Below are positions 1 through 18,200 of a stretch of 64,000 nt of DNA, piece by piece. The notes under the pieces were generated by a model that was not told the DNA's origin, did no database searches, and was given only the letters and a program-made list of their open reading frames with translations. Made by a program: the position numbers and the translations under genes. Source of the stretch: Macrostomum lignano (Eukaryota); assembly GCA_002269645.1 (NCBI GenBank), contig NIVC01000302.1, positions 1 to 64,000 of the forward strand, in the 5' to 3' direction. Numbering within the stretch: position 1 is the first letter of the stretch; each line of letters begins with the position of its first letter.

Positions 1-499
1 ATTTAGTTAAACCATGGATTTCTGGGCGTAAAAATTCTTCGCTTCGTTCGTTTTTCAGTGTTTTTAAGTAAAATTCGTTTTCTGTGTGCATCGAGAATTA
101 GCTCGTAGTAGATTTACTAAAAATAGATTGGCAAATTCGAATTAACACGCCCCCTTGCCTTGGATATTTCCCAGAAATTCGCTCTCAATTGTCAATCTTC
201 ATTTAAGCGTGAAGCTCGAATATAGGAAAAAAAGCCATCAAGGATGAGCAGAGAGGCCGCTCCCAAATATTCTAATTGATTGCCTCCGCCTCAAATATTG
301 GCTTCTGCTTAGCTTGGGGAAATTAGGGATTATTTTTCAGCCGAGTTGCGCTGAAGGTGCACAATGGCCTGCATTGTTTGGAATTGGGGTGTGAGCAGTG
401 CTTTTGCTTCACTGATGCCAAATATAATTGGGGCCAAGCGATCACAACCCCCTCTCTGGCTGCCGGTCTCAGGCAGGATCTCAGTTCTCTCATTCGACA

Positions 500-1140
500 C
501 AAAATCCTAATCTCGGACATAATAATAATCTCAATCTCGGACACTATAATCTCAACCTCGGATATTAGAATCTTAATCTCGGACATCAGAACCTCAATTC
601 GGCCATTAGAATCTCAATCTCGGACATTAGAACCTCAACCTCGGACATTAGAACCTCAATGTCGGGAATTAGAATCTCAACTTCGGACATTATAACCTCA
701 CTCTCGAAAGACATTAAATCTCAAACTATAGCATCAGAATCTCAATCACGGACGACATTAAAATCTCAAATCTCTAGCATTCGAATCTCAACTGCGAAAA
801 TTTAGAATTTCAATCTCGGACATTAGAATCTCAGTCTCGGACGACATTAAAATCTCAACCTCAGAGATTACAATTTCAATGTCGGATATTAGAACCTCAA
901 TCTCGGGCATTAGAATCTCAATCTCGGACATTATAACCTCAATCTCGGACATTAGAACCTCAATCTCGGACATTAGAACCTCAATCTCGGACATTAGAAC
1001 CTCAATCTCGGACATTAGAACCTCAATCTCGGACATTAGAACCTCAATCTCGGACATTAGAACCTCAATCTCGGACATTAGAATCCCAATCTCTAACATT
1101 ATAATTCTGATCTCGGTCTCGATATTAAAATCTCAATCTC
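500..1140. repeat. 21-bp minisatellite (TCGGACATTAGAACCTCAATC)n
   Basis: Direct periodicity; explains the spurious SEIEVLM ORFs. Confidence 0.95.
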
Positions 1141-1711
1141 GGACACAATGTCCGGCAGAACCTTACTCACTATCCATGCGTCTCAATAGAAGTACACATG
1201 ACTTTTTAAACGAGATTTATAGCTGGCCCAACAAACATTTGCAGCAACCCCATCACTGACAACCAGCAGCGGCAGTCAAGCTTCAATGCCGAGCCCCGAC
1301 AGACTCTCAAATTCCTCTCAGCCCCGGCAGGGCAGCTCAGTCAGAGTAGGGAAAGGGGAGGGGGTTGGCCGACGGGAAAATCCAACGGCATGTTTTTGCT
1401 TCGCTAGGGATCAGTGAAAGCAGAGGGGATTTACAGATATGTGGGAAGGGGTTCTCTCTGCTTGTCCTTTCTTCTGGTCGGGAAGGGGAGCGCTAAACTC
1501 GAAAACTGTTGGGGAATTCAGGGGAAACGCTAGCAGTCGGGTGGGGATAAAAGAGCTCCGGATTTTCTTCCCCGAAGTCTGAAGGGGAGAGGGACGAATT
1601 GGATGCAAATGCTTTGCTTCTCCGCCGCAGCTCTTCCCCCTGCTCCCCCAGTCACTGCAAACGCGCGAATTATGAGGTGACAAAATTTGGCATTAAAAAT
1701 TGAGAACTCGC

Positions 1712-7195
<5,484 letters not shown>

Positions 7196-9277
7196 GACGG
7201 CGCGTTGATTAGCATAAGGTTATCGGCATCGAAAAAAAGTTTCGAATCAGTGATTATTTTGCTCGTACATATGAGTTGATTCACACTGCATTTACTGATA
7301 AACCATTAGTCATTTTGTATGCAACAAGAAGTACCTAAATTTTTAAAGTTAATACGATCTTCAGTGATTTACTCCTACCATAGGATATATTAAATCGAAT
7401 TATATCATTGATTAATGATTAATGATCAATGATTATATTATTACATCAAAGGAATATATTTAAATTAGATATTAGTTTAACACTAAAATTTGTTTTGGGA
7501 AGTAATATAGGCATCTTAGGCAGTGAATAATAATGACAGAAATTTATGAACTATAATTAGTAGCTCAAAATAATGACACAAAGTAACTAAAGTTTAAAAC
7601 GTCAGAGTTAAAAATAACTGATGGTTAATTAATTTTATTAACTGTATAAATTATTCGTTTGATATCATTTTTTTATATTCATTGAAGCGTATCAAATAAA
7701 ATTGATTCAATTGAGTTCAATTTAGATATAATATTCACAAAATATGAAGCCTCGAAAGTGAAAGCTTATGCTCTACAAAAAAGACAAAAATGATTAAAAA
7801 AGACATGTACCTATATACTAAAAACCTAAAAGTTTCGTCAACAACCAAGAACTCAAATAGTTTCACTTTCCATAGCCTTCAATAAGAACTCAAAAGCGTT
7901 ATTTTAATGCTTTCTAGAGTGTGTTAAATTGTTAAATTATTTTAGTAAGTCTCAATTCTGGCTTTAGAATACAAAACATTATTCTTTCGTTAATTCTTTT
8001 TAATTCACACTAAAGGGTTAAAGTGGATTCAGTATACCACACATAAGAAGAATTTTTCTACTCAAAATAGTATTTCCGTCCTCAAATTGAATAAAAAGCT
8101 ATAAACAATTTCTTGCTTTCCAAATTTCGTGTAAAGTGTAGTATTTTTAGTATTAAACAAATAAATAATAAGCTTAAACAGTTTTACTAATTAAAATGCG
8201 ATATTTTTTAGTACGGAAAAAAAGCTTTGTTAGGCTATGTTCGTATCCATTGAAAACAGATCTAACTTTTTTGAACTATGCGTTCAAAGCGAAATAGACC
8301 AAATTAGCAACCAGGGCACAACCGATTGTCTTGGTAAATGATAAACAAGGTAACTATTTTTATGTAGAATCTATCCAATTCTAAATAAAATTATTTATCT
8401 TTATCTTTATCTAGCAAAGATAAAATTAGTAAAAAAGTGCTTAAATTTACTGCTCAATGTCTCTGTAGCTAACTATAAGTTAGTAGATTTATAGGTTAAA
8501 CTAGCAATCAGCGTCCCCCGTTGGGGAGCCAAATCGGAATCAAAAGCCAACCCAAAATAAATTGTCGCAAGCTTATTGTTCATAGTAATTTTTTACTGAC
8601 GAAAATATAATTTTAATTTACATGTCTATGTTTTTAAATCACTTGCTTTAAGAACTTTTTTCCTGGCTTGTAATTGTATTCTACTGTACAGTTTTGTCTG
8701 AAATACGAGCGTATTATGTTGGATCAAATAACAATATCAAATATCAAGCGATTTTTTGTTATTTGGTGCGTGCGATGCTTTAAGAATAATTATTTTGTCT
8801 ATATTAACTTAATTTGGTCAATGGGACAAGAAAAAGTAGCTCATACTTTATAATATGGATACATGATGCCATTTAGATGGGGCAAATACAAGTTATTTTA
8901 AAGACTCATGATATAAGTTTGTGAGGTGACAAATATTTTTGTTTTATCTTGACTAAGAGATAAGAAATAAGATATTTTCAATTAAAAGAATCGATTTGAA
9001 CTTGTTTTATATAATAGTTCTTAATGTTGCACAGTATTTTATGATCATTTATAATATATTGTGTTTCAAAGAAATTTCTACCAATACTTGTATAAATATC
9101 TGAGCACAAAGCAAAGATAAAGAAAAAAGATAAGAAAATTATCAAGGGTTTGATTCAATCATTTGACATCTATTTTTTATATTGCTCATTTTTCTTAGTT
9201 GCAAATTCAATGCCTTGCGATACAAGTTCTCAATAAATGATAAAAAATGTCAAAACATACTGCATGCTCTGTCATCA

Positions 9278-12200
9278 ATGAGCTCCGAGAGTTCACCACC
9301 AGGCACGGCGCAGTCGCCAAACACAGCGGCGGCCGCCGCAGGCAGCAACGACGGCAAGCAGGTTAGCCGGGCCGCCTCGTCCTCGGCGCTCCTTGTCGAG
9401 AGCGGCCTCGCCCGCAAGCCCGTCAGCCACAGCCGGCCGCAGAGTCGGCAAGCCAGCAGCGGCGGCGGCGGCTCCGCTTCAATGATTCGCCGTCAGCCCG
9501 GCAGCGCCGGCGGTGGCCGAAAAAGTCCGGCTACCTCAACAGGCGGTGGCAGCGGCGGAGTGGCTTCGCGCGCCTCCCTGCCGCCGTTGAACCCGCAGCC
9601 GCCCGAGTACCTGAGGCCGCAGGTGCGCAGCGCTGTTGGCCGCTACCGCCGCGCCCACGAAGAAGAGATGATGCAGCGGCTGCTGGCCTCCCGAGACGAC
9701 GTCAAGTCGGAGGCGCGCCAGGCCCGCCAGGAGGCCGAGCGACTGTCGCGGCGAATCCCCACGGAGCTGCTGGCCAAGGAGTGGCTGAACATGGAGCGGG
9801 CCTCCATCGAGACTCGGGCCTTCCTCATCGACTCCGTCTTTCCCACCGTGATCCTCGGCCTGGAGAAGCTGCTGAATGAGGTGCAACGCCGGGAGCTGCA
9901 GAACACAGAGGAGCCGTGCCCGAACTTCAATCCGATCAACTACCTGGGCCAGTACCTGATGCGGAACAACCCGCGCTACAGCAATTTCTCCGAGGCGTCG
10001 CCCTACATCCGCGGCCTACGAGAGATCTCCGAGGAGCTGCGCCAGGAGATTTTCACCTTCAAGGACAACAAGCTGGCCCAGCTCAAGGCCAATGCCAAGC
10101 GGAAGAAGCTGGAGAAGGAAGAGGCAGAGAAGCGCCGGCTAGAAGAGCACAAACGGAAGCAGCGCGTCATCGAGGAATTATTTGACAAGTTCCGAGTTGG
10201 CGACGAACTTCGAATCGAGCTGCCCGTGGTAAGGAAGCCTTTCGTATTGCAATAGTTTTCCATGCTTGCTACTACTGGAAGCAGTAGATCTCAATCATTC
10301 GAATTCATTTCTCATTCTGTCTCCAATAGCTCCAACGGGCCATTAAATCCTTCTCGGAGTTGGCGCAGGACTTTCCCGACGAGCTGCGTCAGCACCTGCG
10401 CCTCGTATTCGAAGTTCTGGTGACCGAGGAGGCTTCGCACAAGATTGGCCGCAAGGAATTCGGAGATGTGAGTGGACGATGGTACTAAATGGTTTTGGTT
10501 CAACCACTTTTTTGTAGTAGTTAAAGGCATCAGCAGGTGATAAGTCACAGAAAAGAATCAGAAAATTGAGTTGTAAAGAATGTAAATTCAGGTGCTTAGC
10601 CAGGATTCACGTCAGGGGGGACAGATGACATCAATCCATCTCCGATGTTAGCGATGGAAGCAAAATACAAAGGCAGTAAAAAATCCCCCTCCCCCCTTAC
10701 CCCCTTGGCTACGCCCCTGTGTACATTTGGGGTAGAAAGAGCTTATCAGGGAGGACGTACATATGGGGTAGAAAAGTCTGATTCGGTGGTATGTACATTT
10801 GGGGTAGAAAAGTCTGATTCGGTGGTATGTACATTTGGGGTAGAAAAGTCTGATTCGGTGGTATGTACATTTGGGGTAGAAAATTCTGATTCGGTTGTAT
10901 GTACATATGGGGTAGAAAAGTCTGATTCGGTGGTACGTACATTTGGGGTAAAAAAAGTAAAACTCGAGAGTATGTCATTTGTATAGAGTTTTTTAACGCA
11001 AATTATCTGGTTTTAGTTTGAGAAGATGTTAAAATGAGTTTGATACCAAGCAACAGCATATCGCCAATTAATACGCTAATCTGCAGTTCTTGACGGAGCT
11101 CATCGAAGATATGCCGTTCGACCTGTTCGAGGAGTTCACAAATCACTTGGGCGAGTGCGCGCTCACCTATAAGCGCCGGGCCGAGCGAGAGCTGCGCCGC
11201 ACCATTCTATCCGATCTGTTTATCAGCTGCGACCACGACGAGATTGGCATGCTTGATAGGCAGCGCATCCTGCTGCTGTTTGACAAGTTCTACGAGTCGG
11301 TGGCCGAACACAGGAGACAGTTTCTAAGAAATCCTAGAAAATGTGAGAATCTCAGAGCGTTATCAAACAGGCTTGTCCCCTCAAAATTTCCGAAAATTGC
11401 TCTGATCTTTCGCTATTAATGAACCATCTGCCAAACTTATCTAAAACTTCTAACCCATCTCAAGAAAACCACTACGAGCAATTTTAGCTCGTATAATGAA
11501 TTTCACCAACAACTTCATAGCACACTTGTATTTCTACCCCGGCACACCAACCCCACGCCTTGACACCTCCCCTAGCTCCGCCAACCCACTCAATTCTGGC
11601 TATTATCTTTCTACCCTGGCACACCAACCCCACGCCTTGACACCTCCCCTAGCTCCGCCAACCCACTCAATTCTGGCTATTATCTTTCTACCCTGGCACA
11701 CCAACCCCACGCCTTAACACCTCCCCTAGCTCCGCCAACCACTCAACTCCGGTTATTATCTTTCTACCCTGGCACACAAACCCCACGCCTTAACTTTAGG
11801 CTTGATTCACTAAAGAACATTGCCGCTTCTAATTCCAGGGCCGGTTCGTGAGCTGCACGAGGAGATGCGCGAAGTCCTGGAGGAGCAGGCTAAGGAGGAC
11901 GAGGAGCGAGCCAAAACTATGCTACAGGAGGAGGCCGAGGAGGCTGCGGCGGAAGCGGCCGCCGTTCTCGAGGATGATGAAGAAGTGGAGGAGACTGAAG
12001 AGACTGACAGGGAGATGGCAGAAGAAACAGTTGAAGGACGCGAGTCGCCCAAGGATGGAGAGCAGCTGGGAGAGGAAAGCAGCAAAGTAGCGACGGAGTC
12101 GCAGGGCAAGGAGCAGACTCGCAAGACGCCATCACCACCAGCGGCAAAGTCGCCTGAACCTGCGACTGCCGAGCAACCAAAAAGTCCATCGCCGCAGCCT

Positions 12201-15200
12201 TCTCCGAAAGAGGCAGCCAAAAGTCCGTCGCCGCCTCCGCCGCAGGCGGCTGAGGATCAGGAGACGCTGGCCTCTCCGAAGGCAGCTAAAAGTCCATCGC
12301 CACCGCCAGCTGCAGCTGCAGACCAATCCCCGGCAAAGAGTCCGTCACCGTCTCCAGCCAGGAAGACGGTCGCCGACGAGGGCGCTGAGGAGGAGGCAAA
12401 TCAGCCGTCAGAGGCCGCCACCCGCGAGGAGGTCAGCGGCTCCAGCGGCAGCGACGCAAAGGCCAAAGCCAAGGCGAAACGCGAAGTGACTTTCGAGGAC
12501 GAGGTGCGCAAACGGACGGAGTCACCGTCGTCGCCGCCGACGCCGCCGCAGCAGGGTGAGGGCGAAGGCGAAAAGGCGACGGGCGGAGAAGCTGATGAAA
12601 TGTTAGCGGGTGAGTCGATTTTGCTGCTACTAGAAGCGGATTAACTTCTGGAAAGCTTGGCAAAAGGAATCATAAGTCAAGTGATTTTTTCTGTTGCAGA
12701 AGACGTCCCGATCGATCTTCAGGACGAAGGCGTGGAGCCATTGAGCCGCGATATCAGTAAGTTCCAAGGCTAAAGTGCTGTAGTTAAGCATGATTAGAGG
12801 TTTTAGCCTAGCAGGGTCTGTAGCCTTGTGGCTAGAGCGTCGGAATCACGACTTGAAGGTCGGGGTTCGATTCCTGATCCCACTGGAACAATTTGTGTCC
12901 TTGAGCAAGACACTTAACTCTGCATTGCTTCAGTTCACCCAGCTGTAAAATGGGAGCCAGCATTAGCTGGGGTAATTGAGGCTGTGTGTGGCGACCCCCC
13001 CTCCCCCCCCCCCAGTCCTTGGACTGAACAGCCGTACGCAGCCTTCAGATGCGCCTCGCAATAGCTGCGGCTGAGCTGTCGGATTGGGGCAGGTGTAATC
13101 AACTATAGTTATTATTATTATACTTAAGTTCGATATACCGAACAGAAGAGCAGTGACGTCATCAAGCTGCCTTATAAATCTCCCGCACTTGAAGCATTCA
13201 CTTGGAAACAGACATCCGATCCATCATTATTAGTGAGTGACGACGCTAGTCTGCTTTTTCATTCTCAACAAAAACACTTCAAAAGTCGCGGAATAGGAGT
13301 CACGAGTGCACGGTGTTGTCATATTCCATCACGTTATTTAATTAAGTTCAGCCTCAATTTTTGCATGCATCAATGCCAACCCAATAGTTCGCGGAGGAAT
13401 AAAAGCAAAAAATGAACAATAAAAATGATCCATTTCAGTTAGCAAAGCATTGGATCAGTTTCTAGGTAAAAACATTTTTACTGATTATTTTCTATGCTTA
13501 TAATATTCAGTTCTGTTCTTTTCTGAAGACCGCTATAAATCTGTCCTTTGTTTATTTGCTTTGATACTCGTAAGAGTGTACATGTAAGCCTTCTATTCTA
13601 TGCGATCACAGGTTTATTGAACTTTTTCTGTTGAAAACTTTATCATTTATATGCTATTTACACTATTCAGATTTTTTACTTTTCTAGTGCTTTCAGTTTA
13701 AGCACATTCAGTTTTAACGGTTGTGCTACTGAGTCACTCTGACCCACTAGAACAGTCAGTGAGTCCCTCTGACCCACTAGAGAAGTCAGTGAGTCACTCT
13801 GACCCACTAGAGCAGTCAGTGAGTCACTCTGACCCACTAGAGCAGTCAGTGAGAGTCACTCTGACCCACTAGAGCAGTCAGTGAGTCACTCTGACCCACT
13901 AGAACAGTCAGTGAGTCCCTCTGACCCACTAGAGCAGTCAGTGAGTCACTCTGACCCACTAGAGAAGTCAGTGAGTCACTCTGACCCACTAGAGAAGTCA
14001 GTGAGTCACTCTGACCCACTAGAGCAGTCAGTGAGTCACTCTGACCCACTAGAGCAGTCAGTGAGTCACTCTGACCCACTAGAGCAGTGAGTGAGAGTCA
14101 CTCTGACCCACTAGAGCAGTCAGTGAGTCACTCTGACCCACTAGAGCAGTCAGTGAGTCACTCTGACCCACTAGAGCAGTGAGTGAGAGTCACTCTGACC
14201 CACTAGAGCAGTCAGTGAGTCACTCTGACCCACTAGAGCAGTCAGTGAGTCACTCTGACCCACTAGAGAAGTCAGTGAGTCACTCTGACCCACTAGAGAA
14301 GTCAGTGAGTCACTCTGACCCACTAGAGCAGTCAGTGAGTCACTCTGACCCACTAGAGCAGTCAGTGAGTCACTCTGACCCACTAGAGCAGTGAGTGAGA
14401 GTCACTCTGACCCACTAGAGCAGTCAGTGAGTCACTCTGATCCACTAGAGAAGTCAGTGAGGTACTCTGACCGACTAGAGAAGTCAGTGAGTTACTCTGA
14501 CCCACTAGAGCGGTCATACCCAAAGTAACCCCCGCACGCTCCCTAAACAGCCGGAATTTCCAATCGCACGGCGGACACATCTCGGACAAAATCGTCCGCC
14601 TTTGATGAGATGAATCTCACCAACGGCCAGTTTGTCCACGTCACCGAGACGTTCCTTGGTGACGAGCCGAAGAAAGACCTAATGGAGGACTTGATCATCT
14701 TTGTCCGGGAGGGATATGTAGAGACTGAGGACGAGAGACTGGTCAGGATTAAGCTGGTGAGTGGTATTGATACTGTATTTACTCAGTCATGCTCATGCTC
14801 ATACTCACACTCGTACTCGTACTCATACTCATACTCTTGCTCATGCTCATACTCATACTCATGCTCATGCTCATGCTCATGCTCATACTCGTACTCGTAC
14901 TCATACTCATACTCTTGCTCATGCTCATACTCATACTCATGCTCATGCTCATACTCACACTCGTACTCGTACTCATACTCATACTCTTGCTCATGCTCAT
15001 ACTCATACTCATGCTCATGCTCATACTCACACTCGTACTCGTACTCATGCTCATGCTCATGCTCATGCTCATGCTCATACTCATACTCATATTCATACTC
15101 ATACTCATCCTCATCCTCATACTCATGCTCATATTCATACTCATACTCATCCTCATCCTCATACTCATGCTCATATTCATACTCATACTCATCCTCATCC

Positions 15201-18200
15201 TCATACTCATACTCATACCCGCCCCCTAATACCCGCCCCCTAATACCGCCACTGCAGATCCAACAGCGCCAGTTATCAGCCAAGCGCAAAGTGCTGCTAG
15301 ACGAACTCTTCCAGCTCTGGGACAACGACGGGTCCGGATTCCTCGACCTAGACGAAGTGGAGAACGTCATGCTAAAGTACAAGGACGCCACCCTGCGCAA
15401 GGCCCTGGTTAAAGCCAAGAAGGAGCTGAAGAGCCGGTCGTCCAAGCTAACCAAGCAGCAGCAGCAGCACCAGGACAGCCGGCTGGCCAAGCGCGAATTT
15501 CGCGATTTCGTCAAATCGGCGGCAACGACAGGCGGCGAGGCGGACAGCATGGAGGAGCTCATCCAGTTCATGGCCGAGTCTGTCGAGCGCTCCCAACAGG
15601 AGCGAATCCGCGGCGCGGCGCGCAAGAAGTGGCTGGCCAGCATCCGACTGGCCGGTGAGGAGAGCGGCGCCAGCATGGAGCCGGTGTACCGCGCCGTGTT
15701 CTGGGCGCTGTACCGCGACGCGGAGACGCACGGCGATGGCAAGAGGATCTGCGCTAATCTGGCCCTTCTAGAGAGCAACAATCAGAATGTGGCAGAGCTG
15801 GGCGGCCTGGTGCTCCGCTACGTGGCCGCCACGCCTGAGGATGCCGACTTTGTGGTCGGCCAGAGCCTGTACGAGCTGTCCGAGACCGGTGTCAGCTTTC
15901 AGGTGCGCCAATCCCATTCCCAACTCTAACGCCAACTCCAACCCAACTCCAACCCCAACTCCAACTCCAACCCCAACTCCAACCCCAATTCCAACCCCAA
16001 CTCCAACCCCAACCCCAACCCCAACTCCAACTCCAACCCCAACTCCAACTCCAACCCCAACTCCAACTGCAACTTCCCCCCAACTCCAACCCCAATTCCA
16101 ACCCCAACTCCAACCCCAACTCCAACTCCAACCCCAACTCCAACTGCAACTTCCCCCCAACTCCAACCCCAACTCCAATTCCAACCCCAACACCAACCCC
16201 AACTCTAACTCCAACTCCAACCCCAACCCCAACTCCAACCCCAACTCCAACCCCAACCCCAATCCGCAGGTGGTCCAGTCCGGCAAGCCGCTGCACGTGC
16301 CCCGAGTGACGGCCAACCCGTCGGTGCACTACTTCAACAAGGCCATCAATCTGCAGGAGGTGGACGGCGCTCTAGCCGTAGTGCCCCTGAAGGACCGGCA
16401 GAAGCGGGTTTTCGGCACCCTGGCGGTGGACACTGTGGCTGATCCAGTGCGCAAGAGGCACTTCGTGGCTCACGAGATGCAGTTCTTCCAGGGCGTCTCG
16501 AATGCCTTCAGTATCGCCTACCACAAGGTTGGCCAATGATGGCTTGAAGGGTCTTCGGCGAATTTCAATTCTAAGAAACTTTTAAAACGTTCTTTTGCAT
16601 TTTGAGGACATGGCAGGGTAGCCCAGCAACTGATGACCTGAGAGGCTGGTGGTGGTTGCCCAGCAACAGAGGATCTGGGAGGCTGGTGGTGGTTGCCCAG
16701 AAACAGAGGATCTGGGAGGCTGGTGGTGGTTGCCCAGCAACAGAGGATCTGGGAGGCTGGTGGTGGTTGCCCAGCAACAGAGGATCTGGGAGGCTGGTGG
16801 TGGTTGCCTAGCAACAGAGGATCTGGGAGGCTGGTGGTGGTTGCCCAGCAACAGAGGATCTGGGAGGCTGGTGGTGGTTGCCTAGCAACAGAGGATCTGG
16901 GAGGCTGGTGGTGGTTGCCCAGCAACAGAGGATCTGGGAGGCTGGTGGTGGTTGCCTAGCAACAGAGGATCTGGGAGGCTGGTGGTGGTTGCCCAGCAAC
17001 AGAGGATCTGGGAGGCTGGTGGTGGTTGCCCAGCAACTGAGGATCTGGGAGGCTGACAGTGGTTGCCCAGCAACTGAGGATCTAGGAGGCTGGTGGTTGT
17101 TGCCCAGTAACTGAGGATCTTGGAGGCTGGTGGTGGTTGCTCAGTAACTGAGGATCTGGGAGGCTGGTGGTGGTTGCTCAGTAACTGAGGATCTGGGAGG
17201 CTGGTGGTGGTTGCTCAGTAACTGAGGATCTAGGAGGCTGGTGGTGGTTGCTCAGTAACTGAGGATCTAGGAGGCTGGTGGTTGTTGCCCAGCAACTGAG
17301 GATCTGGGAGGCTGGTGGTGGTTGCCCAGCAACAGAGGATCTGGGAGGCTGGTGGTGGTTGCTCAGTAACTGAGGATCTGGGAGGCTGGTGGTGGTTGCT
17401 CAGTAACTGAGGATCTAGGAGGCTGGTGGTTGTTGCCCAGCAACTGAGGATCTGGGAGGCTGGTGGTGGTTGCCCAGCAACAGAGGATCTGGGAGGCTGG
17501 TGGTGGGGGGTCAGCAACTGAGAATCTGGGAGGCTGGCGGTGGTGGGTCAGCAACTGAGGATCTGGGAGGCTGGTGGTGGTTGCCCAGCAATTGAGGATC
17601 AACTGAGGCCCAGCACTGTATGCATTCTACACACTATTAGAGGTGATATTTGATTTCAAGAATTCTGACTAAAAAGGATTTCAAAACTTGAAATAAAGCT
17701 TAAAAAACTCAACCATAACTCTCACAGGTGGACGCGCTGCAGAAGACTTTGCGCGTATCGGAATCGGCCCTGGTTTGGATCTGCAGGCGGGTGCCCGCTA
17801 TTCAGAGCACCGCTCTGTACATGCGCGAAAGCGACCACAGGCGCGGCAAAGGTGCCTACTGCCTGCGCAAGGTGATGAACGTCACGCAGGATGGCGAGGT
17901 TGAAAAATATAAGGTGCCACCAAAGCTTAACAGGGACGAGAATGTGTTCAGGTGAGGCCTGGGGAAAATATATAGTTTTGAAAACCATGCAATTAAGTTT
18001 TAACATCTGATATCTCAGTCTGACACCTAAATAAAAACCTGACCTCTAGAACTCCAACCTGACATTGGGGAATCCCAATATGACGTAGGAGAATCTCAGT
18101 CTGACAGTGGGGAATCCCAGACTGATATCCGAGAACCGGGAAATCCCAGACTGACATAGGGGAATCCCAACCTTACAATGAAGAATCAAAATCTTACAGC

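Noticed and set aside
12814-12890. tRNA gene (Val-like)
   Set aside because: The acceptor stem is not paired and it continues into a CORE domain, so it is a SINE head.
13730-17600. CRISPR-like regular repeats
   Set aside because: These are contiguous tandem units without unique spacers, in a eukaryotic intron context with no cas genes.
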